Source: Amphiscolops sp. MND2022 (lineage: Eukaryota). Taken from it: 64,000 nt of DNA. Below, piece by piece: positions 25,946 through 39,762 of this stretch. The DNA lies in assembly GCA_964187785.1 (NCBI GenBank), contig OZ076413.1, positions 45,696,001-45,760,000 of the forward strand, given 5' to 3'. The translations under genes were made by a program, and so were the position numbers. Under the pieces are notes generated by a model, which saw only the letters and a program-made list of their open reading frames with translations, made no database searches and was not told where the DNA came from. Each line of letters begins with the position of its first letter. The first letter of the stretch is position 1.

Positions 25946-28900
25946 TTACTGGGCCGAGCTGCGGCGAGCTCGCTCCTTTGGGGCATCGTTAGAGGCTTCG
26001 GCATCTTCGGTCGCTACCGACGCTCTGCGTCGAGGAGAGACTATTGTGAGGGTGGTTTCCGAGTCAGATAGGTCTTCGGGGAGCGACAGCTCAGCAATCG
26101 GCTGCACCAAGGCGGCATCAGGGGTCAGCTCAGCTGCTTGTTCTCCCGTCTGCGGCTGCTGCAACGACTGGGGGCTTGCCTGCGAGGATAGTGGACTAAT
26201 GGGTTCGGGTTCCAAGACGTGAGTTGGCAGATCAATGGTAACGGGCTGATTCAAGCACATGGCCATTGTTGGCGCTACCATGGCAGGCGCGAACGCCTGT
26301 TGCCTCGCGATCTCTGCTCTGCTCTCTACTGCCAACGAGACGCGTTTGGAGATCCAGCCAGGCTGGCTCCAGAGCTCGCAAGCTCGTTTCCATTTGGGGA
26401 AGCTGGCGATTTCCAGTTCTAGACAGTGTTCTTCCCACTTTGCACGTGCCTGGGGCCCAGCACGGAATTAATCTCGTCGTGCAGCACAATCGACATGTCT
26501 CTTGACATCGTCGTCTTGCCCTGGAGCTTCCATGCAGATCTCCTGGGGAAAGGAGTGATGCGACACTGGAGATTCCTTTGCAGGATTTGGGCGGCGCCCT
26601 CGATCCAACCCGGGATTTGAGCCAATTCCAAGTGCTGAATCTGCCGGTTGAAAATTTCGGGGGCACGTCCAACGGGTTGCGCTCTCGGCCATCCTAGTGG
26701 TTCCTTCCAGTATCGATTGGGAAGGGTGATGCACTTGAAGCTATATAGAGGATCTATGGATGGGCCAGCACTAGCGCTGGCGCGAATAACCTTTCGAGTG
26801 AAGTCCTGACTCCAGGGGAATCTGAAGGGGACTCCGTCCAGGCTGAGGGGTGCGGAGTACCAATTGATGGGGCCGTGCTCTCGCGCAGAGGGCTTGCCTT
26901 CCTTGTGCGGGCGCGCAAAAGACCCGTCAGATTTTCTTATTATTGCCTTTCCGACTTCAAGGTGGTGTATCCATGCGGCATCTTGCCACTCAGCACAGTG
27001 TGCACCACTCGCGGGTAAGCCAATGAGGGACGTCCCTGGAGATACGTGCAAAAGGACGTCATATGCACTTGAACGGCGGTGGCTAGAGGCTTGGTGGGGT
27101 ATCGGCACACTCCGATAGCGCCGAAGATGGGGGCCAACACGGGAGCCATGGCGGCCACAAAGTCTTCCACCTCGGCCAGCGTCAGATCAGCGATTTGCTG
27201 TGGCATCGGAAATCCCGCTGTCTCCCGTGGGATTTGGCGGTCGGCGTTGTGTAGGGGCTGGGATTGGTCTACGCCCACGAATAAGTTAGAGGCGAATACC
27301 AGGGTCGAGTATAAACAGTGCTGGACAGACGCACGCATGCGTTCCAACTGGGCGGAATAATCCTGCTGATCTTTGGAGGTCATCAGGTGTCCCCAGCGGA
27401 TTAGGCTGCGGAGTTGCCCTTGTGCGATGACTAAATAGCTATAAAATGAGGTCAAGTTGCAAGATATTACGATGTCGACCAGCAGAGCTAGAGGGCCGGC
27501 CACGAATTTCGTCGGACCCATCGTTAGCGCGAGCGCTAGCACCTCTCCAATGGTGGCTTCTCCAATAGTTTCCAACAGCTTGTCGGCCTGTATGGTGGTG
27601 AGTTGAGTGAAAATTCGGCTGTTACCACTTCGATGTTCCATCCTAGGCCAAGGCTGGTGCAAAAGGCTTCTAAGGGACAGTTGAGCTCTCGAGCTACTTC
27701 TGCCAAGGTCCTGCTCACAAATCTCGTTTGATACCATTGGGCATACGTGGTGCCAGCGGCGTCGACCTCAGTCTTTAAGTTGGTTGCCTCAGCAGCTACA
27801 ATGTGTCTTAGGCCTACGGGCAGTTTGACAGGCTCGATTCCCGCGGCAAAGTGAACCTGGGGAATGGTTCTTTCTACGGTGCGTGCGGCAGGCCATGCTC
27901 CGATTTGCTTCACTAGTTCGGTCAGCTCCGTCCGCACGGGAATCTCTTTATCCTTGCGCACCAGCCAGTTGTAGCGGCGGACAGCCTCGCGTTCAGTCAC
28001 GTTGGATTCCCGCATGACGCGGTTGCCATCCAGATCGAAGGCCATTCGTCCCATACGCATGCCGTGATCGAAGAACACAGCATCGTCTATTGTCAGCTGT
28101 GCGTTTCCTGAATGTTCCACAGCGATCAACACTCTAGAAATGGCAGCAAAGAAAGCTGGATAGGATAGTGCATCAGGGCGTAGATCCCCCCGGTCCACTC
28201 GTAGGTTTGGGGCGCAGAGAGCGAACTCGATTCTACGCGCCTTGCATACCTCCAGCAGGACGTATACAAATTGCTGCAGGCTTTGCGGCCAATACATGAA
28301 TCCCGGAGGGGACACGAAGAGCGCTAGCGCTCCCAGGCGACCTCGAAGGATCTCTGCGGCATGCTCCATCGCGTCAGCAACCACGTTAACTAGGGCTGCG
28401 GCATTTCCAGGTCGCCGGGTGTCAGTCATAATGGTGTCCAGCTCTCGTAGCAACCGTTCGCACGCCATGTGGTCCAAGAGATTGGCGAAGATTACGCGCA
28501 GTGGGGGTGGCTCCTTCAATGATCCTCTCAGATTCGGATCGTACAATGCTCCGACCATCTCGGCTACTTCGGCGAAGCGGGATAGGGGCATGGTCAGCAC
28601 CAACACGTCGGGCATTAAGGTGTCGATTGGTAAGTCGCTTTTGCAGGTGGAATCGACTGCCATACAGTAGCGCGCGCGCTCTGCAAGGCACCTTTCAATT
28701 GGGGCTTCATGAAGATGATATTGCGGGCGTCGCGGGCATTTGCCTCCCATGCCTCAGCTTCTCGAAGCACATACCGTGCAGGGAACTGTTCGGTGATGTT
28801 ATGCTGCAAGGGTGCCATATAGTCATTTGGTGTCGCTGGCAGTTGTTCTCGAGCACGTTGCTCCCAAGCTTGCTCGGTCATGTCCGCATCACGGGGGCGT

Positions 28901-30218
28901 AGCAGCCATGTGACCTGCGCTGCTATCGTGGTTCGATTTACCTCCTTCTGGTCTGCGTCGGTGGGGGGCGCTCTCTTCTTGATCGCATACATATTGGCAT
29001 ACAAGCGTTCAGCAGCCATCCAGATCCTCTTGCAATCATTAGTCTCTACTGAGCCGGACATATCATCTGATGGAGGGAGGAAGGCTGGCGCGTGGGCTTC
29101 CTCTATGGCTTCAGGGGCTTCCAGAGACATATCGGTGGGGGTGGTGCCCGAGGGAACAGAGCTCACTTCAGAGCCGGCCTCAGGGGTTCCGTATCGCTCA
29201 TTGGCGTCCTCCATCATGGTCATTTGTGGCGCACCTCGGCCAAGGTGGCCCACACGATACAGAGGCCTAGCGATTACCACGCTGTTCATTTGGGGTCGAG
29301 GCACGTCGACTCGCTTGTCCGGAGGGGGACGACTGGTTGAGCTTTCCGTCACCGAGCTAGTGTGACCAATGGCGGCATCCTCTCCGGTCATTCGCTTTCG
29401 TCCTGCCTCTTCGCGGGACCCAACCATGGCACTTCCGCTTGGTCCAGCTGGGACTTCAACGTCCATGGATGCTGTCACTACCAGAGAGGTGGGGGGAGGA
29501 TTACAGCCCGAGGGCTGACCGGCAGCTTGCAGGTAAGTGGCCAGACCAGGGATTCGTTGCTCCAAAGCTCGGACAAAGTCGGAGGAATTGGGGTAATTGG
29601 CAACGGCCTGCAGCGCCACTATCACAGCTTGCTCACCTGTGCTTCGTCCAGCCAAATCCGGATTAGGTACGGGTGGTGACCGGGACCCCGAGGGCTCCCG
29701 ATTAGAGACTGGTGAGTTAACCGAGGTTTGCAGCGCCATGTGCGGCGCCCTGTACGGTGCTCCAAAGGCGGGTGAGCCAGAATAAGTCGGCGTCATTGGT
29801 ACTGGCTCTGGCATTGGAGGTGGTGGCAATGATGAAACATTAGCAGGCACAATGCACAATGAACTTCTTGCTCGAATCTGGTGCCTTGGCTTGGACCATA
29901 CATCGCGGTGGACCGCTCGTCCAAGAATTGATGAGTCAGGTCGTGTCTGTCCCAGGCGTTGTTCAGACAAGTTAAAGTGCGACGATAGCCAGCTACCTCC
30001 GTGACAATGGATAGGGATACGCCTGGCAGCGTTTGCATTGTCTCGAGCTGGGTGAGCAATGCGGCCACGCCAGCTACGGCCACTGGTGAAAGGCCGTTCC
30101 TCAGCCGTTCTTCCAAGTACTGGGCCTGGTTGACCCTCTGCGCTCGCGCAGGAGAGTTCTGAGGCCTAGCGCCGTGAGGCCCTGTTGCAGGCATTGAGTT
30201 GTTTGGATGATATGCCAT
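25946..30218 (-). pseudogene. Gypsy-2 ORF3 (~1400 codons, frameshifted) with an SGNH/GDSL-hydrolase-like domain; not env-like
   Basis: Chain of overlapping ORFs from MAYHPNNSM (30218) to 25946. Motifs AVDST, IFANLLDH and DLRPDALSY at ~28670-28110. No signal peptide or clear TM segment. Confidence 0.7.
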
Positions 30219-30492
30219 TAACTCATAGGTCTAAAAAGGACTATCGTTAGGCTCACGAGGCACGTTGGGTGAGAGCTCAAGGCTCGCCTCCCAGGTGCAA
30301 CAGAGTGACACCGGTTCCATAAGGGAACCGCAACAAACTTAAATGCAAATCTAACTAACTAACTAGAACGAAAACAGTATGTGACAAAGACGTTACAAGT
30401 TAACATTTCAGTAAGAGAGTTCAAGACTCTCTCGCAGGTGGTGCAGCAATGATCAAAGGGAGGGGTAGCTAGGGGGAACTAATGTAGTAAGG

Positions 30493-33400
30493 CTATTCCA
30501 GCCCTATACTCAGTATCGACACATACACGCGGTTGTGTAAGACCACATGAATACCAGTCCCCTCAAACATGTTCGTCAGAGTGTGGTACAGATTGACCAA
30601 CGAGAATCCGGATTCAGTATGGGCAAATGGACCTTTGCTGATCCTTTGTCCGTTAGGCGCTGTATCAGGTGCGTCATACAACGCAAGTAGTCGGCAGTCA
30701 GCAGCGGTGCACGCTGACTTGCTCTGATTATCAATAAATGAATACTCTGATTGGGATTGGGGTTTATGTCAGGTGGGATGTTGAGGATCTCAACCACCTT
30801 AGGCCGTAGGGAAAATACGCTTTCTTTGCCGCACTCCCGCAGCACATACCGTAGGGCAGCTGAAGTAGTGTTCAAGTCAGCGGGGCACGCTAACACTATG
30901 TCGCCCTCCGCTTGCAAAAAGTCGGTTATATCGTACGAAATATGTTCTGCGGAGTTAGGGTATAAAACTCCCGGGTAGATAATTATCCGTCCAGGCCCAT
31001 CATCAGCAGGCTGGCACACCTGGGCGGAGCGCCCTTGAATTGCAGCCACGTCCTGCCACACTGAGCGTGGCATCGCTCGGTTATCGCTGTTGGCTTTGAC
31101 CCACGTATCCAGGGTGCTCAGAGCGGCCTTTGGGGAGAGAGGAATCTCGAACGTGTGAATCCACTCATCCAGCAATCGAATTCGGGGATAGTTGGTGAAA
31201 CAGATGATGATTAGCTCCAACCACCATGCGAATTTTGCCTTGCCTCGATACCAATCAACGATGTGGAAACAAAGTATCAGGTCCGCAGTGGTGAGGGTCC
31301 TTAGACCTTCTAGTCAGGACAACAAGTGCAACGGTTCCACTATCGCCTCCACTCGTGGAGCAGTAGCCAGCAACCACCAGTGCGGCGCTGGGCTACACAC
31401 TTTGCCGGGTTCCACCTGGACCCCGTACTTATCGCACAATAGATCGGCAGTGATGCACCGGGCCATTTGCACGGGCTCTCGTTCGAAGTTGAATGGTCCA
31501 AATGCAATGTTGCCGGGTACAGGAGACATCACGGTGGCTAGGGTGAACTCAGCCCCTTCCCATCACTAGTCCACTCCTAAAATCTGGGACAAGGGGCCTT
31601 TGTTACCCCAGGTGATGATAACTTTTCCAAAATCGTGTCCCCCGGGTGGTCTCCAGACCCTTCCACGGCGGAATAAGTCTTCTCGGCTCTTACCATAAGA
31701 CGATACACCAGATTTCCTTCCCGTTCCGGAGGAACTCCCCGGGCTCCAATGGGAGCCCTCCGGTTCTCATTTACGGCTAACAAGCAGACGCAATCTCGCA
31801 GCCCGCAGGTTCCACATTTATAGCGTGGTTGCCGCTCACTTCTCAGGTGGTATCTAGGAGCTTCCGAGGGCTCCGTCAGAGCCTCCGCAGACCCTGGAGC
31901 TTCGGCTGCAACTTCGGCTGGGGCCGAAGCTTCCACTTTCGTTGGCGTTTCTTTCTTCCTTGTTTTAGCCTTTGCTCGGACCAGCCGTTTCTTTTGCGCC
32001 TTGGGCGGTCTCCCCCTCCCCCTTTTGAAAGAAGGAGCGGTCCCCGCTCCGGGTAACATCGCGGGAGCACTGGGCGCGTTGGACTGATCGTCGCTTTCAT
32101 TATTGACAGATTTCAGAGGAAAAGGAGGAGCGGTCGGTCAGATGGGGTAATTGCTGCGGAAATCCGTTAATGATGGATCCGTCAACAAGGGTAACGACGT
32201 TCCCGGCATCGATGAGTGTTTTCCAGGAGATGATATTTGTGGTGACGGAGAGCGCCCACGCTCATGGTCAGAGATTAGTGTTGAGGTAGGCGTTGAGTAG
32301 GTGAGATCAATTGGTCTGAAGACAGTATGGGGACTTCAGGTGCCACTTGGTGAGCATCGACAGGATCAGGTGGTACCGGCAACATGACATCAGACAATTC
32401 GTCGTCAGTGCCGGAGGTGGAATAGTCAAACTGCTGGTAGTGCATACGCGAGCCTCTCGCGCGGAGCTTCGTACGTAGGCGAGTGTCCATCCAGTGGTGT
32501 CTTTGCGAAGGCAAAGATTCATCTGATGCCTCTGAAATCAGTTGTTCAGTCTTGTACGAGGGTAGTGATTTGTTATTATCGACCACGTCGACGGAACGAT
32601 CGGGTTCAGGGTCCATGAGTACTACAATTTCACCGCTGTCCGCATGCGCTGCAACGAGCTCGAGCGGTCCACTGTGGTGCGGTTTGAGGCGCTCAAAATG
32701 AACCTTTTGGCCAGTGTCGAGCACGTAGACACGACCGTCTTGAAAGACCTGTACCACCTTGTGTGGGCCGCGCCAGGCACGCATTAGCTTGGGGGAGCCT
32801 TTCTGCGGCACATAGCGGCAAAATACCCAGACGAGGTCCCCCGGCTGGTAAGCTCGTGCTTGAATAGCGCGATCATATTTCAATTTTTGACGCAGCTGAG
32901 CTTGGTGCGTATTGCGTCGCACCAGGTTGTGAATTTCTTGTTGGCGAGCCAACACATGATTGACGTACGCCTCATGCGTATCGAAAGATTTAGCGGCGAA
33001 CTCAGGGTATAGAAAGGTAAGGGGAATCGCCTTCTCAACGCCCCGAGTTAGCATGTAGGGCGAAAAGCCAGTGGTGGCATGCCTTGTGGAATTGTAGGCA
33101 CCCATGACCTCATCGAGATGCTGGTCCCAATCGCGCATGCGGCGCGAGTGGAAACCTCGCAGCAAGGTTGGTAGCGTGCGGTTTTGGCGTTCTACCAAAC
33201 CCTGAGTCCGTGGATGTCCTGCAGTGGATGTTACTTTTGTGACGTGGGCTGCCTTTAAAAACTCGTTGGACACTTCGGCAGTCAGATTCGGAGCATTGTC
33301 CGACTGCATACGAGTAGGTGTGCCATGACGGGCAAACCACTTCTGTAGCAGTAACCGAGACGTGGTTATGGCATCATAGTCGTGATGATTGCAAGGGACT

Positions 33401-36186
33401 GCTTCCGCAAACTTGGAAAAAAGGTCGATGATGACCAAGATGCCGGTATTGTTGTTGTCAGAGAGGCAGGTTTTCAGGTGGTCGTACTGGACCAATTCGT
33501 TGAAATATCCGCTCTGGATGTTTTTCAGGTGGAATCGTACATCACCAGGTTTATCGCGTACTTGCTGGCAGGTGAGGCATTGGCCAACATAGCGGCCAAC
33601 ACTCCATCGGATGCCAGGCCATGTGTGACGTTCTTGAATCCGAGCGACCACTTTCGAAATGCCTTGGTGGCCCATGGCATCGTGCGCACGGAACAAGACT
33701 TCGTGCTGGTACAATTGGGGCATGACGATCATGCACGGACGAATATTGCACACAAAGGACACCATTTGTGTTGATAAACAGGAGGTCCTTTTTCTGACGA
33801 AAGTAGTTACGTGCGAACTCACGCACGTTCTCAGGAAAGATATCGTGGTCTATGGGCTCGCATTGCACCAATTTTTTAGTGCCAATACATGGACGTCGCG
33901 GTTTTGGGCTAAGACCAAATCCTTGATCCCATGCACGGTGTGAGCATGTTCATGAAGCTCAGTGTCCATGTCTCGGAGCGCCATGATTGAGTCGCGTACA
34001 CCCGAAGGAGTACCTTGCAGCGTAGCTGCAGTTGCTCCCGTAACTGAATATACGGTGCGAGAAGGCACATTAACAGCATGGGTTGGTAGCAGGTAATCCT
34101 CGCTAGCCTCATCTGTAATGTCTATCCAGTCTTCTGGATAGTCTGGGTAGAAATCTTCATGCGGCTGTAGTACGAGAGGGGACCGAGGCGGCAGAGGCGC
34201 CGCTAACGCCTTCGCCTGCCTGTCGCGCCGGTTCGCTCTTTGCGTACGGCGAAGCACGCGAAGCACTTGGTCAGGAGGTCTGGGCTCTAAGTTCTGCAAG
34301 TGCGCTGGTAGATCGGGGTGATTTGGGATTACTCGACCCTTAAGGTCGAACCACGGGGCCGTAGGGAGCTTGTCGAATTCATCAGCTGAAAGGAAGTTCC
34401 AACGCTCGCCTGCGGGTGGCAGCTGCGCAAGCTGCTTTTCTCGCCATCGATATTCATTGGTTCGTTTGCTCAGGCCATCAGCGTTGCGATGCTGAGTTCG
34501 TGGGCGGTGTTCCACACGGAAGTGGTACTTGTCTAAGGTCATAATCCATCGACCAATCAATGCTTGGTCGGTAGAGTATGTTTTCAGCCAGGACAAGGCT
34601 TGATTATCCACCCTCAGGGTGAACTTTCGAGGACAGAGGTAAGTGTTGTTTTTTAGAATAAAGTAGTAGGCTGCAAACATTTCCAGCTTGAGGGCTCCGT
34701 ACTTAGCTTGCGTTGTGGTGAGTTTCTTGCTACCATAGACAATTGGTCTTAGGCGTCTTTCACCTGGAGGTCCCTGCCACTGATGCAGGATGCCGGAGAT
34801 GGCAACAGCGCTGGCATCTGTGTCCAGCACAAACTCTCTCTCGGAATCAGGCTGCGCAAGCGCAGTCGCCTCTATCAACGCTTTCTTGATCTCGTTGAAC
34901 GCTTTTTGTTGTTCGGGACCCCACATGAAAGTAACGTTCAGCCCAGTGACAGCGTGTATGGGCGCAACCAGCTTGGCGTGCCAGGGAATGAACTCGCGAT
35001 AGTAGTTGGCGAATCCCAAGAAACTCTGCATCTCCGTTTTGTTGCGGGTAATCTTCCAGTCGCGCAACTTGGCAACAGCTTTCGGGTCCGGCTTTGCGCC
35101 GTCTGCAGAGACCACGCGTCCCAGGTATTTGATCTCTGATTTCATGAAGTTACACTTGGCTAAGCGCTTCTTGAAGCCAGCCTCGCGGAGGCATTCAAAG
35201 ACCTCAGACCTCACGCAAGCGCGCCATGTGATCTTCCACGGTTTCGGTCGCGATCACGATGTCGTCGATATAGGCCATCACCATGCTGCCTTTGCGGTTA
35301 ACAATCTTCCGTAGCGCTCGCGCTATTGCTCGTTGGAAGGTAGCCGATGCATTGCACAGGCCAAATGGCATCCGCCGCAATTCAAAGTCTTGTGGCGATC
35401 CGCTTTTCGCACAGGAATTTGCCAAAAGGCCCAGGCAAGGTCTATACTGGTATAAATTTTGGCGTTACCTAGCCGCGCTAGGCTTTCGTCGATGCGGGGC
35501 AAGGGGTAGGCGTTCTTAATGGTCACCTCGTTTAACGGGCGGAAGTCGCAGCAAAGGCGCAACTCCCCGTTTTTCTTTTTTACCATTACGATGCCACTTG
35601 CCCAAGGGGACAGCGAAGGCTGTATCATTCCCAAGGCTAGCAGGTTTCGTACCTCTTGATTGGCACGCTCAGCCTTTTCGGGGGACATCCTACGTGCACC
35701 TTCACGATGTGGCACAGCCCTAGGCTCTAGCTCTACCGTGTGTTTAGCAATGGTGCAGCGACCGATATCAGCCTTGTGTTTCATGAACAAATCATCGAAT
35801 TCATTGAGAATATTGCCTAGAGACTCACAGGCGCTAGCGCCCCACAGGTTTTTAACTTCTTGTAACTGCGAGTCCGGTCCAGGAATTGGAGCCATTAGCT
35901 CCGGATCGGTGCGTTTACGAATTTTGCGTTCCGAAAGTCCTGCCTCACTAGGATCTGTTGAGGACAAAAACTCAAATTCTGATGAAGAAGTCAACTCAGA
36001 AGCAGTGGATAGATTCATTTCACTGTACACTTTATAACCAAAATTTGCACGACTGTTGTCGGCTTCAGTTTCTTTGCTGGCCTTTGTAGGGGGTTCCAGG
36101 TTCTGGGGCACAGCCCGATACACTAATGTCACAGTCACTACGGTGCCCAGTTGAACTCCGCACCGCACACGCTGCTGCTCCTCCAT
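30493..36186 (-). pseudogene. pol: Gypsy-2 pol (RT, RNase H, integrase, AT-hook, macrodomain-like tail); protease missing
   Basis: RT SPWASGIV, DFRPLN, MPFGLCNA, YIDD; RNase H DTDAS, NADGLS; integrase H..H..CLTC, SDNA, VERQN, WRGPH; AT-hook KRGRGRPPK. Confidence 0.92.
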
Positions 36187-36189
36187 TGC

Positions 36190-37258
36190 TTCGGGTCTCG
36201 GACGCTGCCGACCTGGAGGTGCTGGGTTTCAGTGCACTCACCAGCTCAGGTTTCATCGCTCGGCTTGGGTGCGGCTGTTCCCTCTCGGGCCGAGCTTCCG
36301 CTTTGCACGCCTTCTCCCACGCTAGGTTGTCGAGGGAGTGACCTCTCGCGCCTCATGATGTTGATGGCTTTGAGTACGGTGTGCATTTGGTTGCCCAAGT
36401 CATTGATCTGGGTCTCCACGCGCAACTCGCGGGCCATCAGCCTGTCGTTCTTTTCGCCCATTCGGTGGCCTAGTGCATCCACTCGAGCATTCTGCACGTT
36501 TTGTGCGGTACGCAACTGGTCGCTGATCTGCAACCTTTCTTGCATTGTCGTCTGCATCGTCTTGATGTTCTCTACGATGGCGTGGTGTTGCTCGTTGCAT
36601 TCAGCACGAGTGCTGGCCAGCCCGGCTAGAGCGCGTTGGGTCTCGGCTTGGACCTCCGAGTCCTCCTCGGCTTGGACCTCCAAGCAGTGCCGTCTTGTAC
36701 ACCGAAGACCGTTGTGACGAGGCCACGGAATTGGTCATGCTCCGCACACGAGGCGCCTCTGGGCGGCGCTCGCCTGCATTCACCATGGGCGGTCGAACCT
36801 TCTTGTGTTTCCCATAGGCACATACACGAGCGTCCTCGAGCGATTCCGCACCCTCGTGATCTTGCATAGCCCATGCCTCCCACATAAGTGAGGTCCTGGC
36901 CCATCGTGGCTTGTAGGCCAGGATTTGCCTCCGCGTCCAGGGTTGCGCGCGAGCACCCTTCCTCAGCGGCAAGTTCATTGGTCACATTTGAGTTGGGCCA
37001 ACCTTCTTCCATCTCGTTGGTCCTCTCGCGGCAGGTCTCATCAACCCATTGTTCGATTCGGCGAGAATTTCCAGAAACGATCGAGCCCTCGGAGGGAGGG
37101 ATCATAGCGGCCAACTCCTCCTTGCGTTGTTGTTCGATAGTAACTTCGTCAGACATGACGTCTGAAAAACGCGAACCGTCCATCGAGGATTCAACGGTGA
37201 CCCAAGACTGCGAACTCATGTTGGATTTCGCCGGTTCTAGCGTGACTAATACGCTCAA
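36190..37258 (-). pseudogene. gag: Gypsy-2 gag N-terminal part (coiled coil), truncated by an internal deletion
   Basis: ORFs 36626-37258 and 36246-36683 sit at the gag position; no capsid, zinc knuckle or protease motif before RT. Confidence 0.6.
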
Positions 37259-39737
37259 GTCCAGCAGTCGAGCAGATGCTAGCGATTCAGAGGGTCTCAG
37301 ACTAGGTTTCCAAAGATGCCAGAGCCGTTAGAACAAGATCAGCCCTTCACTCGTCCCGGTGAAGACTTAAGGAAATTGATGCTTTTCAATGTCCAAGATT
37401 TTTCAAAACACGTTCTAAGGCTCGTTGGCTGTTCAAATTTGCACAGCGCTTTCTCACAAGCACACTTGGCCAGAAAATCAACCTGGTTTAGGGCAAAAAG
37501 TCTCCAGTCACCCACAGGAAGAATTTCAGAGAACTTTTGGATTTTCCAAAAATTGCACCACAACACTCAAGAGGCTCGTGTGTGCGCTGGAAGCGCCGTA
37601 TCAAGCCCAAAATTGACCAGCAGATCTTAGGTACACGTAGGTTGACGAAATTGAACGCAGATTTGTGCTGCGCACCTTCAACACAGTTTCACCTAGGTAC
37701 AGACGTGCGGTGCCACTATGTATCGAAATACACTGTTTTCCACGTCTTTTTCAAGATTGCGGTCCACTGGAAAGAGTTAGCAAGCTCAAAATCTCAGCAA
37801 CAACGTAAAAACTAGCACAAATTACAATGGTGGGCTGCAATGTGGCCCCACCCGTCGGCTAAGGTGCCCGGGTTACTTGGAAAAATTAGGAAAAAACTGC
37901 CTTTTTGCGCACCTTTTTGGGTGCCACGTTTTTCCTATCTTCTCGACAAGTATCACACAGATCGGCACCAAACTTGGTAGTCTATGCCAGTGGGCTCCTA
38001 CAATGCCACTAATATGGTCGAATTGAAGCGCGAGCGCTTATTTGAGGTTTCGACCCAGTTTGGACGTTACACACAAAAAAACACTGTTTTTGACAACTTT
38101 TTTCACAAATTGACCAAGAGGATCACCTCAGAAAGTGATACGGCGGGCAAAATGGGACCAACGTGTTGCCCCACTATCCGTAGCACTGGGATAAGCCCTC
38201 AATTGATGGTGCCCGATAGGTATAAGGCACTGACAGTCTTGCAGTTTTGGATTTTTTTGACTTTTTCTTGTTTCTCTGAAGTCGAAACGTCAGAGAGCTT
38301 TTCTCAACGTTGGTGAGCGATATGCTCACCAAATTTTCGGCACTAGCGTTTATTTTAGTGGTAATTACGAAAATGCAATTACTTTTTGGCTAGGGTTCAG
38401 GAATCGATGACCCGACACCAGCTCAGAGACAGTCCGGTTTTGTGGAAAATTGATCAAATTCACTGCGTTTTTCCACTTTTCTCAGCACTGAATGGGAATT
38501 TCTACACGCAGTTTTCACCACCACGCGTTATTTTTACTACAAAAACCGAAAGTGAGGGCGTTCCAGCCCGCTCCGTTCAAATAAGCTTCGCTCTCAAGAC
38601 TTTCAGACAATGCACTTTCTATGCCTGAAAATGACCTAAATCACAAGTTTTCCGCACTGTATCAGCCCCAGGCTGCCTAAATCCGCTGCAAAAGTTGCAG
38701 TTAGTGTCCTGCGGGTTAGTTACGCGAGGCGTAACTCTGTACACTGCTCTTTTACATCTCTACACATGTGTACGTTCGTATTTTGGGTGCCCATTGGGCC
38801 AAGTTTCCACTTTTTCTTCACTTTTCTGGCTTCAAATTGGCACTTTTATCACAACTGAAGGCCAAAATACTGCCTTTCGTGCCTTGTACCAGTTTTCTCG
38901 AGCCTTGTAGCTGCTTTTTTCGTACTTTTCACAAAGTTTTCCTGGTTCCATTAAGCACTGGTGCTCGAAACCAAGAAAATACTGAAAAACACGCAAAATT
39001 GAGGTTTTTCGTCCCAAGTGCCATCTTTTTCACAGAAAAACACTTCATGGGGCCCGTTACATTTGTGATAAAACTTTACTGACCTGCACCAGCGATTCTC
39101 CGTCGAAAAAGGTGCATTTTCAAAATTTTCGCCAACCATGAGCCATTTGACCGACGCGTCTGGTCACAGGGGTGCATCTTCACCACGCTTTTTCTCCACA
39201 TCTGGACCAGATAGAGACACGCGGTTTGGACCATTGGCATCGTCTGCTGTTGCACTTGCCGTCCACTAAAAACCATGCCTCTAGGAAGTCTCGACGAGAA
39301 ATGGGAGTAGAAAACAGGCAACACACAATTTGACCCTTCCCTCGCCTCGCTGGCTCGTGGTCAGCCATCCACCAGTTACCTTCTTGCACGGCATAAAATG
39401 GCTGAAAATAGCTTGAAAAACCTGTTAGACACCCGTAGCCACGCGCTACGGCTCTCTGTACCTGCAAGAAGATACCCGCTGATGGGCACACAACACATCA
39501 CACAAAATTAGCGATTTCCATCTAAAACACCTAAAAACACCATTTTCGCACCTGAAAACGTAATTTTTTCGGCGTTTTCTCTGGTTCAACGCCTCTTCCT
39601 GCTCCAGTAGAATGTGGTACGACTAAAAAACTCTGCTTCTCTCCCCTTTTCCAGAGTCGAAACGGGCTTGGCGCTGATCACCAGGGGGCCAGATCTTTTA
39701 AAAACCGCTAAGGAAAGTTTCCCAAGACGATCCGTCT

Positions 39738-39747
39738 GTGGTCGCCA
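39738..39747 (-). promoter_or_regulatory. Gypsy-2 primer binding site, probably tRNA-Arg
   Basis: TGGCGACCAC, 15 nt inside the 5' LTR boundary; matches the start of the tRNA-Arg-type PBS TGGCGACCAC. Confidence 0.65.
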
Positions 39748-39762
39748 AAAAATGAGTTTCTA

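Noticed and set aside
25946..30218. env gene
   Set aside because: No signal peptide, fusion-peptide pattern or C-terminal TM anchor.
26200..37400. Many plus-strand ORFs over Gypsy-2
   Set aside because: Antisense shadows of GC-rich coding sequence.
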